From contig JAZSPL010000076.1 in NCBI GenBank assembly GCA_045537435.1, forward strand, positions 17,662 to 81,661: a stretch of DNA of 64,000 bases, in the 5' to 3' direction. A program made the translations under genes and the position numbers. The stretch's first letter is position 1. Each line of letters begins with the position of its first letter. Below the pieces are notes generated by a model. That model had not been told where the DNA came from. It was given only the letters and a program-made list of their open reading frames with translations, and made no database searches. The DNA is from Acutalibacteraceae bacterium (GTDB taxonomy: Bacteria; Bacillota; Clostridia; Oscillospirales; Acutalibacteraceae). Shown piece after piece: positions 1-6,806 of the stretch.

Positions 1-768
1 CCAATGATAATCGTCAGCCATGAAGTCGATACCTTCACCCTTAACAGTGTTGGCAACGATCATAACAGGTGCGTCGGGCTCGCCGAGTGCGTAATCAATA
101 GCTTCTGAAAGCTCGTTGAGGTTGTGACCGTCAACTTCGATTACGTGGAAGCCGAATGCACGCCACTTGTCGCAGAAAGGCTCAAGAGGCATAACGTCTT
201 CTGTACGGCCGTCGATCATACACTTGTTACGGTCAACGAATGAGATAACGTTTGTAGCCTTGAAAGCGTTGATAGCCATAGCTGCTTCCCAGTTTGAACC
301 CTCGTCGCATTCGCCGTCGCCGAGGATACAGTATGTCTTGTAATCCTTGCCGAGAACACGAGCTGCAAGAGCTGTACCGAGAGCAATTGAAAGGCCGTGA
401 CCGAGAGAACCTGTTGAAGCGTCAACACCGATAACCTTGTTTGAGTCAAGGTGGATACCCATCTTTGAGTTTGTAAGGTTGAAAGTTTTGAGCTGCTCGG
501 GATCGTTGAAACCCTTGTCAACAAGAACAGGTGCATAAGCGATACCTGAATGACCCTTTGAAAGGATGAAACGGTCTCTGTCTTCCCAGTTCGGGTCGTC
601 AACCTTAATGTTGAGATACTTGTGATAGAGAATGGTCATCATGTCCATAACGCTCATACCGCCGCCGATGTGGCCGCTGCCTGCCCAGAAAGTTGTATCA
701 AGGCAAAGTCTGCGGAGCTCATGAGCTTTCTTTTCAAGAGCTAACCATTCTGTCTTGGTTAATGCCAT
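1..768 (-). CDS. Transketolase, N-terminal (thiamine-diphosphate-binding) subunit of a split transketolase; the 3' end runs off the window
   Basis: My own translation of the minus strand from ATG 768-766. It is absent from the ORF track because there is no stop in the window. Sequence: MALTKTEWLALEKKAHELRRLCLDTTFWAGSGHIGGGMSVMD...ILGDGECDEGSNWEAAMA...VKGEGIDFMADDYHW. The GSGHxGG and GDG-x-DEG-x-WEA motifs are the TPP/metal signatures of transketolases. An RBS GGAGGAAG (reverse complement of 775-782) precedes the start. Confidence 0.85.
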   Translation of the reverse strand, partial: MALTKTEWLALEKKAHELRRLCLDTTFWAGSGHIGGGMSVMDMMTILYHKYLNIKVDDPNWEDRDRFILSKGHSGIAYAPVLVDKGFNDPEQLKTFNLTNSKMGIHLDSNKVIGVDASTGSLGHGLSIALGTALAARVLGKDYKTYCILGDGECDEGSNWEAAMAINAFKATNVISFVDRNKCMIDGRTEDVMPLEPFCDKWRAFGFHVIEVDGHNLNELSEAIDYALGEPDAPVMIVANTVKGEGIDFMADDYHW

Positions 769-826
769 AGGTGCTTCCTCCTAAAAGTTTATTTATATAA
801 TGTTTAATATTATACAGCCGATTTAA

Positions 827-2092
827 TTAAAATGCTTCGGGATGAGCTTTCTTAACAATCTTGAATGCCTCGTCAGCAACTTCGATTGTGTGCTTGATGT
901 CAGCATCTGATACTGCATAGTTCATAAAGTGGTTGTGGTGACCTGCAAAGAAAATACCTCTCTTAACGCACTCAGCGATCCATTCCTGATGAAGCATCAT
1001 TGAGTTGTCGTTAGCTATTCTCAGGTAGAAGAGTGCGGGTTCACCTGAGCAAACAAGGTCAAAGCCGTTGTTTGCACCGGCAGCCTTAAGACCGTCAAGG
1101 AGCTTAACGCTCTTTTCCTTAAGAACTGTCGGGAGGTCGAGAGCCTTCATCTTGTTGATGTTTGCAATAGCAGCTGCAAACGGAACAGCACTCATCCAGT
1201 AAGAGCCTGTGTATGACATGCCTGAAACAGCGTCTTTAAGGAATTCCTTACCGCAGAGGCAGGAGATGTTCCAACCGTTAGCGATAGCCTTACAGAAGCA
1301 GATAAGGTCAGCTTCGAAGCCGTAGTATGCGTCAGAGCCTGCAAGGTCAAGACGGAAGCCGCAACGAACGTCGTCCACGATAAGAACGATGCCCTTTTCT
1401 GTACAGAGCTTACGAACCTTCTGCCAATAGCCGTCAGCAGGAGTTACGTTGTCAAAGTAGTTACCGTGAAGGTAAGGTGTTGAGATGAAAGCAGCGATTT
1501 CGCCTTCATTTTCTGCAACGAGCTTCTCAAGAGCTTCAAAGTCGTTCCAGTCAACGTAGAGGTTGTTTGCAACGTCTTCGGGAAGAACACCCGGATAGTC
1601 GATCTTCTGAACAACGGCAGAAACACCGTGATAGAAGCCGTTAACGAAGATGATCTTCTTTCTGTGTGTTGCGTTACGTGCAGCCATGATAGCAAGCTGT
1701 GTTGTATCGTTACCGTTCTTTGCAAAAAATGCCCAGTCAGCTGTCTTAACGGTGTCAACCATCAATTCAGCAAGCTCAACCATCTTGTAAGAAGGTGATG
1801 TTGTACAGTTACCGATTTTAGCCTGCTCCATAGCAGCCTTATCAACATCAGGATCATTGTAACCGAGGATGTTAGGACCGTATGCGCACATATAGTCGAT
1901 AAACTTGTTTCCGTCAACGTCCCAGAAATATGCACCCTTAGCCTTCTCAGAGAAGAAAGGCCATGCACTTACGGGAATGAAGTTACCTTCAGCCGGGCCG
2001 AGGTGACCGTAAACACCTGAAGGGATTACTTTGGTAGCACGGTTAAAAAGCTCGCGGCTTTTGTCGTACTGATTGATTTTGAAGTTAGCCAT
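827..2092 (-). CDS. Class-III (HemL/GSA-aminomutase-like) PLP-dependent aminotransferase
   Basis: 421-aa ORF with an N-terminus typical of GSA-aminomutase-like enzymes (RELFNRATKVIPSGV...). A candidate PLP-lysine context is CFCKAIANGW. An RBS GGGAGGAAA lies immediately upstream, overlapping the stop of the preceding gene. Confidence 0.8.
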   Translation of the reverse strand: MANFKINQYDKSRELFNRATKVIPSGVYGHLGPAEGNFIPVSAWPFFSEKAKGAYFWDVDGNKFIDYMCAYGPNILGYNDPDVDKAAMEQAKIGNCTTSPSYKMVELAELMVDTVKTADWAFFAKNGNDTTQLAIMAARNATHRKKIIFVNGFYHGVSAVVQKIDYPGVLPEDVANNLYVDWNDFEALEKLVAENEGEIAAFISTPYLHGNYFDNVTPADGYWQKVRKLCTEKGIVLIVDDVRCGFRLDLAGSDAYYGFEADLICFCKAIANGWNISCLCGKEFLKDAVSGMSYTGSYWMSAVPFAAAIANINKMKALDLPTVLKEKSVKLLDGLKAAGANNGFDLVCSGEPALFYLRIANDNSMMLHQEWIAECVKRGIFFAGHHNHFMNYAVSDADIKHTIEVADEAFKIVKKAHPEAF

Positions 2093-2107
2093 AGTTAATT
2101 TCCTCCC

Positions 2108-2866
2108 TTATGCAAGATAAAGTGCAACTCTGTCGAGAATACGGTTGAGATTATCGATCATATTGATCATACCGTGCATAGCAATTGTGCCTTCACCGAT
2201 CTGAGCAACAGCATTAACTTTGCCGTCGAAGAGGTCGTGAGCAAGCTTCATGCTGCCGAATTCCATAATTGCACGCGGCTCTTCGGGAGCCTGTTTGATT
2301 GTAACAAGGTGGCCGTTCTTAGCACGAACGGTTGAAGCCGGGCCGCCCTTGATAGACATCTTGATATCGCCGTCAACAATATGGTCAGCAGAGAACTTAC
2401 CGATATCGTCGTGGTTACCGATCTGTGAGATCGCAACCGAGATTGTATAGAAGAGGAGAGTTGTGCTGATTCTGAAGAACTCTTCATCCTGAAGATCCTC
2501 TTCACTCGGACGAAGATAAGCTGTGAGGATATCAGTCAACTTTATGAAAGTATCCAGAAGGAACTTGATGTGAAGAAATCCCTTTGAGGGAATGGGTGTA
2601 ACAGTACCGTCAATCATACCGTTGAACTTTTCACATGATGAGAAGGGGAGTTTGATATCGCAATCGCTGATACCCTGCTCCATACGGCACTTGCCGTTTT
2701 TGAAAGTAAGAGTAGCAGAAGGGCCGTCCTTAACCTCGAAGCCGATAGAAATGGGCTTACGTTCAGCGAGGAGAGCACTTGCCTTGGGGTCAAGCTCGCA
2801 CAGATTTTCAAGTGTGCCGAGTACAGCATACATATTTATGTACGCCAATGTTTTTGCATCTGTCAA
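2108..2866 (-). CDS. Hypothetical protein with two SCP2/sterol-carrier-like halves
   Basis: The track ORF is 2108..2896. I prefer a TTG start at 2866 because AAGGAGGAAT (reverse complement of 2871-2880) sits 6 nt upstream of it and lies inside the longer ORF. The two halves resemble each other: GPSATLTFKNGKC...FNGMIDGTV versus GPASTVRAKNGHL...LFDGKVNAV. Confidence 0.6.
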   Translation of the reverse strand: MTDAKTLAYINMYAVLGTLENLCELDPKASALLAERKPISIGFEVKDGPSATLTFKNGKCRMEQGISDCDIKLPFSSCEKFNGMIDGTVTPIPSKGFLHIKFLLDTFIKLTDILTAYLRPSEEDLQDEEFFRISTTLLFYTISVAISQIGNHDDIGKFSADHIVDGDIKMSIKGGPASTVRAKNGHLVTIKQAPEEPRAIMEFGSMKLAHDLFDGKVNAVAQIGEGTIAMHGMINMIDNLNRILDRVALYLA

Positions 2867-2928
2867 AGTAATTCCTCCTTGTGCTTTAGTGTGCATATTA
2901 AACTTACACGAAGCATATTTGCTGTTTT

Positions 2929-2957
2929 ATTGTAACAAAACTAATTATAAAAGTCAA
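2929..2957 (-). promoter_or_regulatory. Sigma-70-type promoter of the SCP2/aminotransferase/transketolase operon
   Basis: The minus strand reads TTGACT - 17 nt - TACAAT, with a TG at -15/-14 (TGTTACAAT). It lies about 60 nt upstream of the TTG start at 2866. Confidence 0.6.
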
Positions 2958-3160
2958 ATATATTCATAGATTTTTTGTGCCAAAAAGCTAAAAAAGTTGC
3001 AGACGTAACCAATATTTTAGTTTTATTTTGTACAAAAGTCACAATTTGTTAATTTAAATTAATAAAGTTACCGTATTCGTAGACGTAAAATCTGTTCGGT
3101 ATGGTTTTTTGTAGAAAAACAATATGAGTTTGTTTTTTAACAATAACGTTAAGTTTTGCT

Positions 3161-3400
3161 CAAATTCGGGTTTGTAGAGCAAAATTAAAATTAACATCGT
3201 AGGGGCGACCATCGGTCGTCCGCGGAAAATCTGCTTAACTCAACGGACGCGCAATGCGCGCCCCTACGAACAAGATTCAGACAACTGTGTAGGGGACGAC
3301 GTCCTCGACGTCCCGTTCAGATTTATGTGAATTTAACGGTCGATTCGTGAATCGACCCTACGTTTGTTGTTTAAAATCATCCCGACAAACCCGAAATCTC
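3161..3400. repeat. Composite REP/BIME-like palindromic element bracketed by an inverted repeat
   Basis: Pair 1 has two facing units. CGTAGGGGCGACCATCGGTCGTCC starts at 3198. GGACGCGCAATGCGCGCCCCTACG ends at 3268; its reverse complement is CGTAGGGGCGCGCATTGCGCGTCC. Pair 2 has TGTAGGGGACGACGTCCTCGACGTCCC starting at 3288 and GGTCGATTCGTGAATCGACCCTACG ending at 3362. The outer flanks are CAAATTCGGGTTTGT (3161-3175) and ACAAACCCGAAAT (3385-3397). Confidence 0.75.
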
Positions 3401-3401
3401 C

Positions 3402-3431
3402 TAAAAAAACAAGGACGGCAAAACCGTCCTT
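3402..3431 (-). terminator. Rho-independent terminator of rnhA
   Basis: The minus strand reads AAGGACGG-TTTTG-CCGTCCTT followed by GTTTTTTTAG, 10 nt after the rnhA stop. Confidence 0.8.
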
Positions 3432-3441
3432 ACTGCTGATA

Positions 3442-3882
3442 TTATTTAACAAACTTCTGTGATTCGGCAACAGCCATTCTGTCGCATTTTTCATTTTCGG
3501 GATGCGATGCGTGTCCCTTTATCCACTGAATGGTAATCGTATGCTTGTCGTTAAGGTTGAGAAGCTCATCCCACAAGTCAGGATTCAAAGCAGGCTTCTT
3601 GTCTGCTTTTTTCCAACCGTTCTTTTTCCAGCCTGCGGCCCAGCCTTTGCCGAGTCCGTCCGCAACGTATTTCGAATCCGTCCACAGCGTAACTTCGCAA
3701 GGCTCCTTGAGAAGCTTCAATGCTTCAATAACTGCTGTCAGCTCCATACGGTTATTGGTTGTCTGTGCCTCACCGCCGCTGATTTCTTTGTCTGTACCCT
3801 TATATCTTAAAATTGCACCCCAGCCGCCCGGCCCGGGATTACCCGAGCATGCGCCGTCGGTGAAAATTTCAACGTGTTTCAT
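3442..3882 (-). CDS. rnhA: Ribonuclease HI
   Basis: [27 protein letters not shown]...[14 protein letters not shown]...[18 protein letters not shown] is the canonical RNase H1 motif set. I chose the ATG at 3882 (RBS GGGAGGAAACA) rather than the track start at 3930, which overlaps the upstream gene. Confidence 0.93.
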   Translation of the reverse strand: MKHVEIFTDGACSGNPGPGGWGAILRYKGTDKEISGGEAQTTNNRMELTAVIEALKLLKEPCEVTLWTDSKYVADGLGKGWAAGWKKNGWKKADKKPALNPDLWDELLNLNDKHTITIQWIKGHASHPENEKCDRMAVAESQKFVK

Positions 3883-3913
3883 TGTTTCCTCCCAATATTT
3901 ATACAAGGTAAAA

Positions 3914-4633
3914 TCACTCATCAAAATCAAACAGCTTATTGTGAGATTTGCTTACTATTTCGTACATAGTACCGTCTTCTTCCCAGTATATTCTGCCGAA
4001 AGGTGAATAGAATACTGTTTCACCGTCCGTATAATAATCAATGGTATCCTCATACGGTTGCAATTCGTCATTTTTATCATAATAGAAATATCCGTCTTCG
4101 CTTATGTAACAGTAGCTACCGTCATATTCAGTGCCGTTTTGGTCTGTATAAGTGCCTACAGAAAACCACCCAGGTTCGTAAAAATAAGTGTTTCCTTGCT
4201 TGTCGTGAAGCGGGATGTCGGTAATAAGCTCATATTTGTTTCCTAGTACATCATAGTAGGTGAATAAAGCTTCGTCGTCAATTTCACTTTTTATATAACC
4301 TGCGCCCATAGAAACGAACGAGGCAATCAGCAGAATTACGGATAACGCCCAAGATAATACAGACAAAATCAAAAAAGCAGTACTGCCTTTAGCCTTCCTA
4401 TGCTCCTTTTTGTTGATAAATCTGCAATAAATTTCGTAGGCTATCCGGCCTAAAAACGGAGAAACAACGATTACGATTAACCATAAGGCCTTGTGTCTGT
4501 CTTGTCTAATGTGTAAGAGCTTGTATGTAGATATAAGCATGAATAAAATCGCTATAGATCTCAGAATCGGGACAACGGTAAAGTAAGCGGTTGCTCCTGT
4601 CGAAAAAATAGCTTGAGAAATATTTTCATACAT
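3914..4633 (-). CDS. Hypothetical membrane protein: PLD-N-like transmembrane hairpin plus an extracytoplasmic Tyr/Asp/Gly-rich domain
   Basis: 239-aa ORF with about three predicted TM helices. The helix [20 protein letters not shown] resembles the short N-terminal domain of cardiolipin-synthase-type proteins. The C-terminal 120 aa are rich in Y/D/G/E ([24 protein letters not shown]). GC is visibly lower than in the neighbours. Confidence 0.55.
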   Translation of the reverse strand: MYENISQAIFSTGATAYFTVVPILRSIAILFMLISTYKLLHIRQDRHKALWLIVIVVSPFLGRIAYEIYCRFINKKEHRKAKGSTAFLILSVLSWALSVILLIASFVSMGAGYIKSEIDDEALFTYYDVLGNKYELITDIPLHDKQGNTYFYEPGWFSVGTYTDQNGTEYDGSYCYISEDGYFYYDKNDELQPYEDTIDYYTDGETVFYSPFGRIYWEEDGTMYEIVSKSHNKLFDFDE

Positions 4634-4753
4634 GAATGTATCACTCCCGTTGATAAAAGGTGTGTATTACAAGTGAATATTTATTGAAAACATTCTAACA
4701 CAAACCTATTTCAAAAACAATGTTTATTGCAAAACTTTTATACCAATAATATC

Positions 4754-4792
4754 TGTCAACGGTTGACAATTTGATGTATTATATTGTATTAT
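4754..4792 (+). promoter_or_regulatory. Candidate rnj promoter overlapped by a perfect palindrome
   Basis: TGTCAAC-G-GTTGACA occupies 4754-4768. Its right half is a consensus -35 TTGACA (4763-4768), followed by an 18-nt spacer and TATTAT (4787-4792). Confidence 0.45.
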
Positions 4793-4905
4793 ATAATGAC
4801 ATAAAAATGAAAATGGAAAAGTAGCAGAATTTTCATTTAAAAGACTAATTTTGAACTTTACATAAATTCACAGGCGAAATACATGAACAGGAGAATATTT
4901 ATTTA

Positions 4906-6804
4906 ATGCCGAACAAAGAAAAGACCGAAAAAGGTCAGAAGCAGACACAGAAAAAACAGCTGAAGAAAAATAAATATTTCAGCAAGGCTTCTTCTAAGAA
5001 TAAGACTAAACAGAATAAACAGACTGAAAATGCAAATCCGCAGAAAAAACAGTCAAACTTCAAAAAATCCAATTCCCGTAAAAACCCAAAAACAGATAAG
5101 AAACAGGTTAATAAAAACAACAGACGTGCCAATAAACCTGAAAATCTGAAGCCGGTAAGAATAGGATTCCTTGGAGGTATCAACGAAATCGGAAAGAACA
5201 TCACGGTTTACGAGTACGATAACGAAATCATCCTCGTTGACTGCGGTCTTGCTTTCCCTGACCCCGATATGCTCGGTGTTGACCTTGTGCTTCCCGATTT
5301 CACGTATCTTGAAAAGAATATCGAGAAAATTAAGGGTATCGTAATCACTCACGGTCATGAGGATCATATCGGCGGACTCGCATATATGCTCAAAACCGTG
5401 AACATTCCCGTTTACGGTACACGTCTTACAATCGGACTTATTGAAGCAAAGCTTGAAGAACAGCATCTCAAGGGTGCGGTTAAGCTTAACGTCATAAAAC
5501 CGGGTGATATAATCAGACTCGGCGGTTTCAGTGTTGAAGCAATCCATGTAAACCATTCAATTCCCGATTCGCTTGCTTTTGCAATTGAGTGCGGTGCAGG
5601 TACGATTGTGCAAATGGGCGACTTCAAAATTGACAGCACTCCTATTGACGGCGATATGATAAACCTTAACCGTTTTGCTGAAATCGGTGCAAAGGGTGTA
5701 CTCTGTATGCTCTCCGATTCAACAAATGCAGAGCGTCCCGGCTATACGGAAAGTGAAAAGAAGGTTGGTGAATCGCTCCGTACTCTTTTTGAAAGAGCAG
5801 GACAGCGACGTATAATTATCGCGACGTTTGCTTCAAACGTTCACCGTGTGCAGCAGATTCTTGACCAGGCTCACGCGATGGGCAGAAAGGTTGCACTTTC
5901 AGGCAGAAGCCTTGAAAACGTTGTCGCAATCGGAAGCGAGCTCGGATATCTTAATATCCCCGAGAACACACTTGTAAGCATTGATCTTATCAATAAATAT
6001 CCGGCAGAGCAGATGGTGCTTGTTACAACGGGCAGCCAGGGCGAACCGATGTCAGCACTTTCAAGAATGGCGTTTTCAGGTCACAGAAAAGTTGCTGTCG
6101 GACCTAACGACTGTGTAATCATTTCTGCAACCCCGATTCCGGGTAACGAAAAAACAATCGGCAAGGTTATCAATGAGCTTCTCAAGCTCGGTGCCGATGT
6201 TATATACGAAAAGGCAAACGGTGTCCACGTTTCGGGTCACGCCTGTCAGGAAGAGCTTAAGCTTATGATGGGTATAATCAAGCCTAAGTATTTCATACCC
6301 GTTCACGGTGAGCAGAAGCATATAAGAAAACACGCTCAGCTTGCCGAAAGCATGGGCATCCCGTCTGAAAACATCTTCATCGCAGACAACGGTGTTCAGG
6401 TTGAAATGAACAATCACTGGATGAAAAAGGGCGAAAGTATCCCGGCCGGCCAGGTATTCGTTGACGGCTCAGGTGTCGGTGATGTCGGTGACGTTGTTCT
6501 TCGTGACAGAAAAAGACTTGCCGAGGACGGACTTATCGTTGTTGCAGCATCAATCGACAGTTATTCGGGCTACATCGTGACAGGTCCCGATATTCTCACA
6601 AGAGGATTTGTATATGTAAAGGAATCCGAAGAGCTTATCGAAGATGCACGTGAGGTTGCACGTTATGCTATCGAAAACTGTCTTACGAATAACACTCATG
6701 ACTGGAATACAATCAAATCCGCTGTAAGGGATGAGATTTCACGTTTTGTTTATGAAAGGACAAAGAGAAGTCCTATGATTCTTACGATAATTATGGAGGT
6801 GTAA
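4906..6804 (+). CDS. rnj: Ribonuclease J with an ~83-aa Lys-rich N-terminal extension
   Basis: Metallo-beta-lactamase/beta-CASP core: IGFLGGINEIGKNITVYE, VITHGHEDHIGG, HVSGHACQEEL. 632 aa. Confidence 0.92.
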   Translation: MPNKEKTEKGQKQTQKKQLKKNKYFSKASSKNKTKQNKQTENANPQKKQSNFKKSNSRKNPKTDKKQVNKNNRRANKPENLKPVRIGFLGGINEIGKNITVYEYDNEIILVDCGLAFPDPDMLGVDLVLPDFTYLEKNIEKIKGIVITHGHEDHIGGLAYMLKTVNIPVYGTRLTIGLIEAKLEEQHLKGAVKLNVIKPGDIIRLGGFSVEAIHVNHSIPDSLAFAIECGAGTIVQMGDFKIDSTPIDGDMINLNRFAEIGAKGVLCMLSDSTNAERPGYTESEKKVGESLRTLFERAGQRRIIIATFASNVHRVQQILDQAHAMGRKVALSGRSLENVVAIGSELGYLNIPENTLVSIDLINKYPAEQMVLVTTGSQGEPMSALSRMAFSGHRKVAVGPNDCVIISATPIPGNEKTIGKVINELLKLGADVIYEKANGVHVSGHACQEELKLMMGIIKPKYFIPVHGEQKHIRKHAQLAESMGIPSENIFIADNGVQVEMNNHWMKKGESIPAGQVFVDGSGVGDVGDVVLRDRKRLAEDGLIVVAASIDSYSGYIVTGPDILTRGFVYVKESEELIEDAREVARYAIENCLTNNTHDWNTIKSAVRDEISRFVYERTKRSPMILTIIMEV

Positions 6805-6806
6805 GA

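Noticed and set aside
216-602. 128-aa minus-strand ORF from the track
   Set aside because: It is out of frame with the clearly conserved transketolase N-subunit reading frame (1-768, minus strand). Its composition is Thr/Ser/Leu-rich with no recognisable motif.
3198-3362. Possible mini-CRISPR array (several GC-rich hairpins in a row)
   Set aside because: The units are not identical direct repeats separated by unique spacers of constant length. They occur as inverted pairs with different stems, and no cas genes are present. A REP/BIME-like interpretation fits better.
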